From: a virus
Lineage: Duplodnaviria > Caudoviricetes
Reading direction: 5' to 3' (one strand)
Virus record (IMG/VR): IMGVR_UViG_3300030708_003228
Span: 1-42,757 of that record
Length of the DNA: 42,757 bases
Of the stretch, positions 1 to 13,100 are shown piece after piece. Below the pieces are notes generated by a model. That model saw nothing but the letters and a program-made list of their open reading frames with translations, ran no database searches and was not told the origin of the DNA. The number at the start of each line of letters is the position of its first letter. Position 1 is the first letter of the stretch. A program made the translations under genes and the position numbers.

Positions 1-2
1 CC

Positions 3-323
3 GTTGCTCACTGGCTTGAAGAGGATGACTTTGTGAAGAACCGTGGTGTGATGAACCACGAAACCGTTGAGACAATCTCAAAACGTCGCAAACCATTCAC
101 TGTGGACTACACAGGTTTTGGTTGGGTTCTGATCAAGAAAGGTGTCTTTGAGAACCTTGAGTACCCTTGGTTTGCTCCTCAGATGCAAGTCTTTGAGAGT
201 GGTGAGGTACAGGACATGTGTGGTGAAGACGTGTCGTTCTGCCTCGATGCCAAGAAAGCAGGACTCGAAATCTGGTGTGATCCTAAGATTCGCGTTGGCC
301 ATGAAAAAACTCGGGTTATTTGA
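3..323 (+). CDS. Glycosyltransferase-like protein, C-terminal part (5'-truncated)
   Basis: Frame is open from position 3 (VAHWLEEDDFV...). Contains TGFGWVLIKKGVFE..PWF and GEDVSFC...IWCDP.IRVGHEK, typical of the GT-A/GT2-like C-terminal half. Confidence 0.7.
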   Translation, partial: VAHWLEEDDFVKNRGVMNHETVETISKRRKPFTVDYTGFGWVLIKKGVFENLEYPWFAPQMQVFESGEVQDMCGEDVSFCLDAKKAGLEIWCDPKIRVGHEKTRVI

Positions 324-498
324 GGTGTACGTCAGCGGCGAGCTCGTTCACTCGACCAATGACGAAGAAGATGCACTTGACAAAATTCAAGACCTGGCTC
401 TACAATATTACGAGTCAGGTCACCCTGATCCATCCACTATTGAATATGTAAGACATGGCGAAACTCAAAGCGTCCCTGACGGGGAAAGTATTCATTGA
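301..498 (+). CDS. Small acidic hypothetical protein
   Basis: In-frame ATG at 301 within track ORF 142..498 (MKKLGLFEVYVSGELVHST...). Short overlaps with both neighbours. Confidence 0.55.
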   Translation: MKKLGLFEVYVSGELVHSTNDEEDALDKIQDLALQYYESGHPDPSTIEYVRHGETQSVPDGESIH

Positions 499-601
499 AT
501 CGAAGCCGAAAAAAACTCGGCAAGGACAAGGACAACACACTAAATATGCCGCCAGTTCGGCAAACGCAAAGAAAAAACGTTATCGAGGACAAGGCAAATG
601 A
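455..601 (+). CDS. Small, very basic hypothetical protein (48 aa; not in ORF track)
   Basis: Read by hand: [48 protein letters not shown]. Its TGA overlaps the petF ATG (ATGA, 598-601). Confidence 0.75.
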   Translation: MAKLKASLTGKVFIESKPKKTRQGQGQHTKYAASSANAKKKRYRGQGK

Positions 602-888
602 GCTACAATGTTACCCTAATTACTGAAGAAGGAGAAGTCAACATCGTCTGTGATGAAGACACTTCAATCCTAGATGCTGCAGAAGAACAAGGTGTAGATA
701 TTAACTACTCTTGTCGTGCAGGCGCCTGTTCCTCGTGTGCAGGTAAAATTGTTGAGGGTACTGTAGATCAAGAAGATCAATCATTTCTTGATGATGATCA
801 AATTGAAGCCGGATTTGTTCTGACATGTGTGGCCCGACCCACTTCGGATTGCACCATTGAAACAGGAAAAGAAGACGAATTGTACTAA
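598..888 (+). CDS. petF: Plant-type [2Fe-2S] ferredoxin
   Basis: [14 protein letters not shown]...[20 protein letters not shown] motif; 96 aa, acidic. Confidence 0.97.
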   Translation: MSYNVTLITEEGEVNIVCDEDTSILDAAEEQGVDINYSCRAGACSSCAGKIVEGTVDQEDQSFLDDDQIEAGFVLTCVARPTSDCTIETGKEDELY

Positions 889-1562
889 TGTCAACTTTAA
901 TTTGCAATCTCCCATCACAGGAGATCTGGGTAAGAAAAGAATACCTTACAGATCATCAGTTTGGTCATGGTGAGTTTGTGAAAGGCGTCTGGGTATCGGC
1001 TAAGTCGATTCCTGGGCGCGCTTTTTATTTTGAGACGTATTTACCAGAATACGCAGCAATGTATGATAAACTCCCTATCAGTGCCTTTGTGTCGGAACCA
1101 AAGACACCTGATCCTGATATGAACCTTCCTAATCTACAGTTCTGGAACTGTATGGATTATGGTGTAGTGTCTATTCATAAACAATTCATTGGTTCAATGG
1201 ATTATGAATTGTATACACGCGACTTCGGTATTCAGAAAGGAACATATATTTGCACAATTGATAATTATCATCAAGATTGTGACATGATCGATTATGCCAC
1301 AAGTGAAAATCCTGCAGAACATAAGTCACACAACTTGATTGAGTTAAATAATGGCCAATTCGCACTATATCCAAACAATAGAATGCGAATTTATGACAAT
1401 AGTTTGACACCTGTTGATCCAAAGATGCCTGATTTCAAGGTTTCAACGGAGTTTTATCAAGTTGAGAATGGATTTGAAAGACTTGGGATGGGTCGTGAAG
1501 ATGAATATTTTTGGAAAACTGCTAAAGAACGTGAAGATTGCGAAGTGATCCACGATGCATAG
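888..1562 (+). CDS. Hypothetical protein of cyanomyovirus type
   Basis: 224-aa ORF coupled to petF by a TAATG overlap; no functional motif recognised. Confidence 0.8.
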   Translation: MSTLICNLPSQEIWVRKEYLTDHQFGHGEFVKGVWVSAKSIPGRAFYFETYLPEYAAMYDKLPISAFVSEPKTPDPDMNLPNLQFWNCMDYGVVSIHKQFIGSMDYELYTRDFGIQKGTYICTIDNYHQDCDMIDYATSENPAEHKSHNLIELNNGQFALYPNNRMRIYDNSLTPVDPKMPDFKVSTEFYQVENGFERLGMGREDEYFWKTAKEREDCEVIHDA

Positions 1563-1582
1563 ACGCTGATTAAGAGGTAAAA

Positions 1583-1801
1583 ATGTCACATCCACAACAT
1601 TTAGACGGGTCTGTAGACAAGGGTGATCTTTTTATTGAGTCAGGAATGACTTTAATTACTGAATATGAGTCTGAAAAATGGCTCAAGATGCATGAAAACA
1701 ATAAAAAGAAAGAAAAAATGACTCCTCCAGAGGATCGTTTGTCTAGACAGTGTGGTGGTCAAGGTGGTTTTGATGATTTTGTAGAACGTTGGACTGAATA
1801 G
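1583..1801 (+). CDS. Hypothetical protein
   Basis: 72-aa ORF with GAGGT Shine-Dalgarno just upstream. Confidence 0.7.
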   Translation: MSHPQHLDGSVDKGDLFIESGMTLITEYESEKWLKMHENNKKKEKMTPPEDRLSRQCGGQGGFDDFVERWTE

Positions 1802-1809
1802 TATAAATA
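1802..1809 (+). promoter_or_regulatory. T4-type (gp55-dependent) late promoter
   Basis: Perfect TATAAATA in the intergenic gap, 24 nt before gp25. Confidence 0.85.
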
Positions 1810-1833
1810 TCTAAGACCAAAGTGTATCGTTAG

Positions 1834-2238
1834 ATGCCAGCAATAGGCCAATCACGATTTTTTAAGGATATTTCTTTAAGTTTTAAGAGACATCCTGTAA
1901 CAAATGACTTGATTTCGTTAACCAACGAGTCGGCCATTAAAAAATCTGTGCGGAATTTAGTAGAAACGGTCAACGGAGAGAGACCGTTTAACTCTTTGAT
2001 TGGTTCTGAAGTCCGTCAAAGTCTCTTTGAACTAGCTGATAGTGCTCTTTTGTTCAGATTAGAACAAGAAATTACCACTTGTATTGAAAACTTTGAAAAA
2101 AGAGTCAGATTGACCTCTGTTCGAGCGTCACAACCACCCGATTCTAACGAAATTACGGTCGATATTAACTACATTATTATTGGCGAAGTCTTTCCTCCAC
2201 AGGAAGTTTCATTTATTCTTCAACCAACTAGACAATAA
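1834..2238 (+). CDS. gp25: Baseplate wedge subunit gp25
   Basis: FKDISLSFKRHPVTNDL...AIKKSVRNLV.T..GERPFN...FEKRV; located directly before gp6. Confidence 0.92.
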   Translation: MPAIGQSRFFKDISLSFKRHPVTNDLISLTNESAIKKSVRNLVETVNGERPFNSLIGSEVRQSLFELADSALLFRLEQEITTCIENFEKRVRLTSVRASQPPDSNEITVDINYIIIGEVFPPQEVSFILQPTRQ

Positions 2239-4121
2239 TGGCTTTAACACAGTATACAACTCTAGATTTTGAAGAAATTAAGGCTTCGATCAAGGATTAT
2301 TTGAGATCTAACTCAAATTTCACTGATTTTGACTTTGAAGGATCGAATATGTCGATCCTAATCGACACATTGGCGTATAACACATACGTTAACTCATATA
2401 ATGCTAACATGATCGCTAATGAAGCGTTCATTGATAGTGCAACATTAAGAGAAAATATTGTTGCTCTTGCAAGAAATGTAGGTTATGTACCAAGATCGCG
2501 GCGATCTTCAACTGCTAGAATCAGTTTTAATGTTGATTTGGGTGCAGGACAAACAAAATCATCTTTAACCCTCAAGGCGGGTCTTGTGGCCGTCGGAGAT
2601 TATCAAAATACTAACTATACCTTTTGCATTCCTAAAGATATTACTAATCCAGTTGTTGCTGGATTGTGTAATTTCACTATAGATATCAAAGAGGGAACAT
2701 TTTTAACCAATAGATTCGTTGTAGACACATCTCAAGCGAATCAGAGATTTATAATTCCAAACTCATACGTTGATACTTCTAGTATTGTTGTAAGAATTAA
2801 TGATACTGTGTCCTCTACCAATAGTAGAGTATGGAATTTAGTTGATAATATTGTCGGTGTAAAAACAACGTCCGAAAATTTCTTAATTCAAGAGGTTCAG
2901 GATGAAAAATATGAACTATTGTTTGGTGACGGCCAGTTAGGTAAGAAATTGTCCAATGGAAATGTTGTAAATGCATCTTACATTACAACAAATGGACAGA
3001 CTGGTAATGGAGTAAGAAATTTTGCATTTGCTGGTACGCTTGTTGATAATGATGGCGTAAACGTAACAAGTGGAATTTCTGAAATAACTACTCAAATTCC
3101 ATCGCAAAATGGATCTGAGGTTGAGTCTGTTTCATCAGTTAAGAATCTTGCTCCTAGATTTTATGCAGCTCAATATCGTGCAGTTACCGCATCAGATTAT
3201 GAAACAATTATTCCAACAATTTATCAAAATGCAGAAAGTGTAGTTGCATATGGTGGTGAATCTGCAGATCCTCCACAGTTTGGAAAAGTTTTTATATCAA
3301 TCAAACCAACAAATGGACAGTATGTCTCTGACTTTGATAAGAGATTTATTCTAGACAAATTAAAAGGATATTCTGTCGCTGGTATTAAACCAGAGTTCAT
3401 TGATATGAAGTTCTTGTTTGTTGAATTGAATAGTTTTGTCTATTATAACTCAAACTCTATTGATAGTGCGGACACTGTTAAGAGTGGAGTAATTTCTAAT
3501 TTGAATACTTATGCAAATTCTGATGATTTGAATAAGTTTGGTGGTAGATTCAAGTACAGTAAAGTTCAAAAAATTATTGATGATACTGATGTTTCTATAA
3601 CATCAAACATTACTCGGGTGAAAATTCGTAGAGATCTTGAAGCTAACGTTTCTAATCCAGCACAGTATGAATTGTGTTTTGGAAACGCATTTCATAACAG
3701 GGAAAAAGGTTTTAATATTAAATCAACAGGATTTAATGTTGATGGAATTGACGGTACTGTTTATATGTCTGATGAATATGTTTCCGATAAAATGGGAACA
3801 CTTTACTTCTTTAAAATAGGAATAGATAAAGAACCTGTCATCGTAAAGAAAAATGCTGGCACAGTAAAATATGACGTTGGTGAAATCCTTATAGATACAG
3901 TACGGATTGTATCAACTACAAAACCAGATAACGTTGTTGAGGTGGAAGCGATTCCTGAGTCTAATGATGTTTTGGGCCTAAAAGATCTTTATGTCCAATT
4001 GTCCGTAGATAATTCCAACATTTCACCCGTATCCGACGTGGTTGCTTCTGGGGCAGACCTTTCTGGAACCAGTTTCGTTACAACATCTAGCTTCTCAAAC
4101 GGCAAATACTTTAGAGAATAA
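2238..4121 (+). CDS. gp6: Baseplate wedge subunit gp6
   Basis: LDFEEIK...FTDFDFEGSN...LAYNT...DSATLRENIVALARNVGYVPRS, LFGDG..GK and RAVTASDY motifs. Confidence 0.95.
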   Translation: MALTQYTTLDFEEIKASIKDYLRSNSNFTDFDFEGSNMSILIDTLAYNTYVNSYNANMIANEAFIDSATLRENIVALARNVGYVPRSRRSSTARISFNVDLGAGQTKSSLTLKAGLVAVGDYQNTNYTFCIPKDITNPVVAGLCNFTIDIKEGTFLTNRFVVDTSQANQRFIIPNSYVDTSSIVVRINDTVSSTNSRVWNLVDNIVGVKTTSENFLIQEVQDEKYELLFGDGQLGKKLSNGNVVNASYITTNGQTGNGVRNFAFAGTLVDNDGVNVTSGISEITTQIPSQNGSEVESVSSVKNLAPRFYAAQYRAVTASDYETIIPTIYQNAESVVAYGGESADPPQFGKVFISIKPTNGQYVSDFDKRFILDKLKGYSVAGIKPEFIDMKFLFVELNSFVYYNSNSIDSADTVKSGVISNLNTYANSDDLNKFGGRFKYSKVQKIIDDTDVSITSNITRVKIRRDLEANVSNPAQYELCFGNAFHNREKGFNIKSTGFNVDGIDGTVYMSDEYVSDKMGTLYFFKIGIDKEPVIVKKNAGTVKYDVGEILIDTVRIVSTTKPDNVVEVEAIPESNDVLGLKDLYVQLSVDNSNISPVSDVVASGADLSGTSFVTTSSFSNGKYFRE

Positions 4122-7100
4122 TGATCGACACCAGCCTGCAAAAGATTAAGATTAATCAGGTAATCCATAGTCAGTTACCTTCTTTTGTTCAAGAGGAAAA
4201 TCCTCTTTTTGTCGATTTTCTCAAAACCTATTATTTGGGTCAAGAGTATCGTGGGGGTAATATTGATATTGTTCAAAATTTGAATCAATATCAAAAAGTT
4301 GAGACCTTTAGTGGTAATGAAAATCTCATTGGACTTACTACATGTACGTCCGAGGTAAACTTTTTTGATGACACTATTAATGTTATATCGACAGATGGTT
4401 GGCCGGACAAATATGGTCTGTTAAAAATTGATAATGAGATTATCACCTATACTGGTAAAACACCCACGTCTTTTACGGGGTGTATTCGTGGATTTAGTGG
4501 TGTAGAAACTTTACATAAGAGTTCGGAACCAGAAAAATTAGTTTTTTCCGAAAGTACTGCTTTAGATCATAAAGATGAAACTGAAGTAATTAATTTAAGT
4601 AACCTTTTTCTACAAGAATTTTGGAAAAAAACTAAAGAACTCTTTATTCCTGGGTTTGAAGAACGTAAATTATCTAATGAAGTAGATAAAGCTAATTTCT
4701 TAAGGCAGGCTAAAGATCTATTTTCTTCAAAGGGTACGGATGATGCTGTCCGTATTCTTTTTAGAGCACTTTTTGCAAAAACAGTTGAAGTAATCAAACC
4801 AATTGATTACTTATTTGCACCATCGGACGGAGATTATGTTGTAAGTAATGATATTGTTGTTGAATTAATCAGTGGAGATCCATCAAAAGTCATTGGCCAA
4901 ACTTTGAGACAAACCGGCAATGATTTTTCTTCAGCTGCAATTTTTAATATTATCAAAAATACAAAAAATGGAAGAGATTACTATATTATCAGTTTAGGTA
5001 AAGTATCTCAGAAGGGTACTTTTGATATTACGGGTGGAACTTCTTTAACAAATAATGTTGCAATCGGTGACACAGTTTTAACTGTAGATTCGACACTAGG
5101 ATTCCCAGAATCTGGAACATTTTTTGTTGGTGCAGGTACAACTGTAGGAATTGCTACATATTCCAAAAAATCCTCTACACAATTTTTGGATGTAATAGGT
5201 ATTTCTTCGGCTTTCCCTGCAGGACAGTTTGTTCGTGCTTCAAACACGGTTTTTGCATATGAAGATGGAGATATTACAAAACCAGTTATTTTCAGAATGA
5301 CTGCGGTTGCAAAAACATCTCCACTTACTAATGCATCTTTCTTATATCCTGGAGATATTCTAAAAGCTAAAATTATTGGTAATTATTCATTGGCCAATGA
5401 TTATAGATTGAATACTTGGATTCATAATGTAAAAACAACTTCAAATGTTGCTAAAGATGTAAATACTAACACTTCAAATATTGATATTGTTACAAATACA
5501 ATTAACACGATCGACCCTCATCTTTTAAAATTGGGTGATCCTGTAACATTATTAGATGTAAGTGCTGGAATTGGTCAAGATGTTGTGGGTACAGTATCTG
5601 CAGTTATTTCTGCAAATGCTTTCCAAATGACAATCACTACGGGCACTCTTAATGTCAATAGGGATTATAAAGTACAATCAAATACTGTTTTTGCGGATGC
5701 AAATGATACAAATATCAAAGTAAATAATTTTGTAGCAAATATTCAAAACACATATAAAGATAAAGATGAAAAAAATGTTTATGTAACCTCTGGTAGTTTA
5801 CCAGCGTATGAAATTTATGCGACTACTAATACAAAAACTTTTGTACCTGGTGATATAACTGACAGCGTTATCAACATTAATAGTCATGGATTCTTTACTG
5901 GAGATTTGGTAAAATATCGTCCAGTTAGTGTTGGTGGAACTGTAATAACTGGTTTAGCTACAGATGCAAACTATGCAGTAACAAAAGTCGATGAAAATAA
6001 TATAAGACTGTCTCAGAGTATTAGTGACGCTTCTGTAAAAAGATACCTAACTCTCACTGGTGCAGGAACTACACATCAGATTACACCATCTGATCTATTT
6101 GGGGAACAACTTTCCCATCAAAATTTTCTGAGAAAGTTCCCAATCTATCCATCACTCAATGAGTCTAAAAAAGACTTTAAGAATGAGACAATTGGAATGT
6201 TTCGTAATGGAGTAGAAATTGTATCTAATCAATCTGGAGATGCTGTTTACTATGGTATAGTTAAAAATCTCGAAGTTACTAATGGTGGTTCTGAATATGA
6301 TGTTCTCTTCCCACCAAATATCAACATCTCTGATTCTGTAGGAACTGGTGCTACTGCCTACAGTATTGTTGAAAATGGAAAATTTAAAGCCATTGAAGTA
6401 ATATCGGGTGGATATGATATTAAAAATAATCCACAAATCACCATTACTGGTGGAAATGGAAGTGGTGCCACTGCTGTAGCTAGACTGAAAGAAACATTTA
6501 CAGAAAGAACATTTAACCCAGACACTGGTGTAGATCCAAGTGCTGATACAGTAACTTTTATTGATAGACACCTTTTTGAAAATGGAGAATCTGTTTACTA
6601 CAAAAAGGCCGAAGGTTTTGCTGCTGTTGGTGGATTGGTAGACAATTCATTGTATTATCTTCATGTTCTGAGTGATTTTAAAATTCAGTTCATGACAACT
6701 TTTGATGATGCTGTATCAGGAACTAACCCAATTGACTTAACTAGTAAGAGTGCTGGTACTAACTCTCTTAAGTCTACAAAAGTTAGAAAGGTAGTTAATA
6801 GTATTGTAATAACAAATGAAGGATCTGGATATTCTAATAGAAAGACATTGGTAAACAATGCTTCATATCCTCCTTCAGATTTTACAACTGAAGGTGAAAT
6901 CAATTCTGGTATTAGTACAGCAAATAGTTTTGTTTTCTTCAAACAACATGGATTTAATGATGGTGATGAAGTTGAATATAGATCTGATGGCCCTATCTCT
7001 GGACTTTCCACAACACAAAATTATTATGTTCTGAAATTAGACGAGGATAGATTTAGAGTTGCTGCGGCTGGTATTGGATCTACTATCACTAGACAGAATT

Positions 7101-10100
7101 ATAACAAAAGAGATTACGTTAAGTTTAAAAACGAAGGAACGGCACAACATACATTTAAATATTCAGATATTCATGTAGAAATTGAAACGATCAGTGGTGT
7201 TGCAAATACAGCTTATTCTCGACCATCTTTAAGAGCAAAGTGTGTTGGAAATATCGTACAGTGTCCAATTACCTCTACGGGTAGTGGATATGGGTCTACC
7301 GATACCATAAACATCCATAGAAGACCTTCTGTAGAGGTCTCCAATGGCGCTAGAGGTTTGATTGATGTCGTTGTTCAGAATGGCCAGATTGCAAGGGCAT
7401 TCGTAAAAGATGGTGGTGGTGGATATGCAACTCCTCCCGAAATTATAGTTAGAGGTGATGGAAAATATGCAAAATTAGTTGCTACGGTAACTGATGGTGT
7501 GATTACAAATATTTCAATTGTTGACCCTGGAAAGGGATATTCTCCAGAAAAAACAACTGTTGTAGTTCAAACTTCTGGTAGTGGTGCTAAAATTGTAGCC
7601 AACCTCAGAAAATGGAATATTGATTTCTTAACAAAAAATAGACCAAACATTAATGAAAATGATGATGGCATTATTTTACCAAGTCAGAATGAAACCTTTG
7701 GATTAAAATATGCCCATGCATATGCCTCTAGGGTATTGAGACGTGTACTTGATGATAATATTGAAAGTGATTTCAGTGAAAAGGCTACAGTAAATCACTC
7801 ACCAATTCTTGGTTGGGCTTATGATGGATCTCCTATCTATGGCCCATACGGATATGGAACCGTTGGTGGAGGAGCTGTAAGAAGGATGGTTCCTAGTTAC
7901 ACCCAGATTTCTAGAGGTAATAGACCACCAGTCTCTATATTCCCATTGGGATCTTTTGTTGATGACTATGCTTATACTGCTGATGGTGATTTGGATGAAT
8001 TTAATGGTAGATTCTGTAAGACACCAGAATTTCCAGATGGTGTATATGCATACTTCTGCACCATTCAGGCTACCAATAGTTCTCAATCGCCATTTGTAAA
8101 CACAAGAGAACCTGCATTCCCATATGTCCTGAATGGATTTAAGTACAAAAAAGATGAGTTTAATGAGAACCCAGGATCATTGCAGTCTCTGGATATTTTG
8201 AATAGTGGTGATCTTGTAAGAAATACTTTCTATTATAAATTTGGTGCTTCTAACTCCAACTATGATTATCTCACCACAAATCAGATTGATGATACCGAAT
8301 TGATTGTAAGATCTACAGAACTTACGGGTATTAACACGGTCACCGTTATTCTACCTGGATTGAATTATAATGTTGGTGATCGTGTAAGTTTTAATAATGA
8401 TAACTCTGGCGGAAAAGGAGCTACTGCGAAAATTAAAACTCTTGTTGGAATGGGGCTGTCTACTGTCGAATATTCCACAAAACAAGTAGAAAATATTTCT
8501 TTCCAATATTCAAATTCAACCATAACTGGTATTGCGACGACATCTCATGGTTTCAACGATAAAGACATTGTTGTAATATCTGGTATTTCTACTGGAGAAC
8601 TTAAGTTTGCTGAGGGCCCTGCAGTAATTTCGGTTTCCTCTGTAACCGCAAAGTTACAAGAAACTCTTGAATTGCCTTCAACGACTGGTATCACCACTAA
8701 TATCAGGTTAGATGTTTCTGCATCGGAGGGATCTATTGAAGTAGATGATACGATTGGTATTGGAACGGAAAGACTGACAGTTCTCAGTGTAGATACTGGT
8801 TTTAATCTTTATAGAGTTCGCAGACAGGCTGGATTTGGAAATACTCACTTCCAAGGTGCAGTGGTTCATGTTGATCAAAGAAGATTTACATATCCAGTTG
8901 GTGTCAAAACAGATGAGATTACAAAACCAAATAGAAAAATTGTCTTCAATCCACAGTCTACTATTGGATTTGGAACTACTGGGGTAGTTCTCACTATCAC
9001 TGGTATTGGCACAACAGTTGTTACTCGTGTACAGGCAACTGATAAAACAATCCTTAATGATCATGAGTTACCACCAGAAGGATCCACGGCAGATAATGCT
9101 ATTTCTATAACAAATCATGGCTTTGTAACGGGTCAAAAACTAATCTATAACGCTGGCCCAACAGGGGCTGCGGTTACTGTTTCCAATAGTGTTGATCTTT
9201 CTAATGAGTTCCAATTAACAAGTGGTCAGTTTGTATACGCTGTTAAAAAATCTAATGATCTTTTAGGAATTTCAACTACTATTGCTGGTATTGGTACAAC
9301 CACTACGTCACTTTATTTCAAGGTAATTGGTGAAGGTACAGAACACTTCTTCAAAGAAACCAACAAAGGATATCTTGGTACAGCTGATAGATTTGATGTA
9401 AGTGTAAGAACTGTCAAACCACACACTCTGAAGACAGGAGATAGTGTAAAGTTAGATCTCAAACCAAATACAAGAATTGTAAAAACTATTGAATATGACA
9501 CTCTTTCTAGAAAAACTCTTGTAGATGGATATTATGTTTCTGCTGGATCAACATCTATTGGTGTTGGTGTAACTAACTCTTTAATTACAATCACCAATCA
9601 TGGATTTAGTGATGGAGACAAGATTCTTTATGAATCTGGATCATCAGAAATTACACCATTGAGTGATCGTGGAGAGTACTTTGTTCAAAAGATAAACGAT
9701 AATCAATTTAGATTATCTACAAATTATTCTGACGCTACTAAGTTTGGTGGTAGTTATGTCGGTATTACTAGTTTTGGTGGTGGTGTACACAAGATCTCCA
9801 GAATTAATCCACATTTAGTGGTTACTAGAGGCCAGACTGTTGGATTTGCAGTTTCTGATGGATCGATGCAAGATCTAAAACTGGAGTTCTTTGAAGATGA
9901 AAACTTTGTAACTAGGTATGATGGCGTTGGAATTTCCACAGAAATTACAAGAGAGGGAACTCCAGGTGTCGCTGGTGCAACAGTAGATTTGGAATTGACA
10001 GATAACGTACCAAGTCCTTTATATTATAAGTTATCTCCAATTACTTTAGATACTATTGAAGTTTCTAAGAGAGACGCATTACCAGATAGAACCGTAAATG

Positions 10101-13100
10101 CAGGTTCTAAAATTATTATTCAAGATAGTGTATACGCTGGTACATTTTCTATCTCCACATCTACATCAGACGTATTCTCTTATCAAACTAACAAGAAACC
10201 AGAAAGAACACTGTATACCTCCACATCTGGAGTTTCTACATTCCGATACATCACAGATTCACCTAATGCTTTTGGTGGAATTAATGAAATTAATGTTAAT
10301 TTTGCAGGTCTCAGTTATCTTAGAAATCCTGGAGTATCGACTATCTTTACCACTGTTGGTGAAAACGGATTGTTAAGACTTTATGATGATAGTGTTGGCA
10401 AAATTGGCCAATCTGAAATGTTAAGGATTGGTTTTGAATATCCATCAGACAAAACAATTCAACCAACTGTTGATCTACCTGTAGTTGTAACTGTAAGTAA
10501 TAACTTCATTCTTGGACGAGTTGGTGTCGTAACTGCTGGTAGAAACTACGTTTCTCCTCCAGACTTATTTGTACCTTCTAGACCAGAGGTACAACTTTCA
10601 TGTGAACTTAGTGGAACTTCTATAGGACAAGTCACTGTTGATGTTGTTGGTCGTGGATTTAATGAAGTTCCAAATCCACCAAGAATTATCCCTGTCCGTA
10701 ATAGTAATGGTATTGGTATTGTATCCACTAGTTCAAATGGATTGACAAACTTTATAACCCTAACTCAACCCACAAATGGATGGAAAGCTGATGGATCTGA
10801 CTTCCCATTCAGTGTTGGAGATAATATATTTGTTGAAGGTGTTGGAACAGCACAAAGCACTTTTTCGAGTAGAGGAGGGTACAACTCGGAAAATTATGAT
10901 TTCGCTCTGTTTACAGTCAAAACCAGAGATCCATCTAATTCTCAAATCACATATTCGATTGCAGGCCTTGGTTCTACTGGAGGAACGTTTGATCCAGACA
11001 CTTCTGCTGGAAGAGTTATTGGCCAATCTGATCTCCCCACATTTAGTGCTTTATTACAACCAGAACCATTCTTCTTTGGTGAACCAGTAACTTATGGTGC
11101 TAATGGCCGTGCGTTTGTTCTTGATAATGAGGGATATAATCCAGTAACAAATACTCTCAGATTGAGATCTCTCACAACACCTTTGAAAGATGGTGATGTA
11201 ATTAAAGGAAGATTGTCTGGTGCTGAAGGAACTGTACGAAATGTAGCGACGTTTGAAGATTTCTTCATTACAGACTTTTTTGCTGAAAGACCAAAGGGTT
11301 TCCAGAGAGATACTGGAAAACTTAATGATGACTTCCAAAAAATTCAAGATAGTGATTACTACCAACAGTTCTCATATTCACTCAAGAGTGAAATTCCATA
11401 TGAAGATTGGAAATCCTCGGTTGATAGTATTATTCACCCAACTGGATACAAAAATTTCTCCGACTTAGTTATTACCTCCGAATCATCTGCTGGTGTTGGT
11501 AGAAGTCAAGATCTTAAAACAAAAGAATTGCAAGCCGATACTGGATTGTTGATTAACATTGATAATGTGAAATCAATGTTCACCACAGATGATTTTGATA
11601 TTGGTGGTGAAGAAGTTCTACCAAATGGTCTATCAAGATTTATTACTGTTAAGAACAGAAAAATCGCTCCATTTATTAATATTAAGACTAACAAAGTTGA
11701 TCTTCTTGACGACATTTCACCACAATTCACTGGTATTGGTACAACAACATCTTCATTAGTTGTTGGTTTGAGTAGTTTTGTCCTTACAAGTAATAGTGAA
11801 CAGGTTTTTACAAGACCCTTTAATCCTAATGACACGGGAGTAATTTCTGTAGGTTCTTCTGTCTTTAGAATTAATAATCATAATTTCCAAACAGGTGAAA
11901 GAATCAAATATGATCCTGGCAGTGATGTTTATGGAACTAATAGAATTGATATCTCCACAACTAATGTGGTTCTTGGTGGCGTCTCTACAGATAAGATGCC
12001 TGCGGAATTGTTTGCAATTAAGTTGAATAACAATCAGTTCTCAGTTGCTGGATTGAAGACTGCTGCTGAATTGGGCGAGGCTATCAGTTTCCAAGGCGCT
12101 GGATCTGGTACTAATCATTCTTTCAATGTTTTACGACCTGATGATAGAGTATTGATTGAAATTGATGAAATAATTCAAACTCCACTTTTCAAAAGAAATA
12201 TTTCGGTTGTACTTGATGAAGCTGTAGGTGTTGCATCTACAACAATTAAACTCACTGGCATTACGTCAATTACATCTAATGATTTGATTAATATTGATAA
12301 TGAAATTTTAGAAGTCAAAACTGTTGGATTTGGAAGCACTAACGTACTCAAAGTTCAACGTGGTGTTCTTGGAAGTGTTGCAGCAGCACATACGGTTGGA
12401 GCTGCATGTACTATGCGAGGTGGAAATTATCACATCGTTAAAGATGTTATTCACTTTGTAACTCCTCCAAATGGCCCAGTAGCGGGGATTTCTACGTTAC
12501 AACCAGGTATTGGTACAAATTCTACTTTCCAAGGAAGAATTTTTAATAGAGTAGATCCAACTTCAAACTTTATTTTTGATGATATTAGTGATAACTTTAC
12601 TGGTGTTGGAAAGACATTTACTTTATTGCAAGATGGTCAAGATGCAACTGGTATTGTTACAACGGTAAATGGTCCAGAAGTTGTTAACAACGGAATTATT
12701 CTTATTAACAATATTATACAAAGACCCACCGTTGATTTTAATATGGTTGAGCGTCAAGACCCAGGTATTGGTGCTTCTGTAATTTTTACTGGTTCTTCTA
12801 GAAGAAATCTTCCCAGAGGTGGTATTGTTAATGAAGTTACAATTGGTTTCGGTACAAATTATCAACCACTTGTGGCCGCAGCTGCAACAGCGATTGTTAA
12901 TGGTGCAGGAGCTATTGAGAGTGTTGTAATAACTGGTGGTGGTTCTGGTTATCGTTCCGCTCCTATTTCTATTGAGATTTTTAATCCACTCGGTATTGGA
13001 TCTACTGCAGTCTTAACTGCCACCGTTGGTTCTGCTGGCACAGTCACTGGAATCACTACTGTTAGTGGTGGTAGTGGATATGCAAGCACTACACCACCAA

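Noticed and set aside
142-300. 5' extension of ORF 142..498
   Set aside because: Lies wholly within the glycosyltransferase-like CDS; the ATG at 301 gives a normal short overlap.
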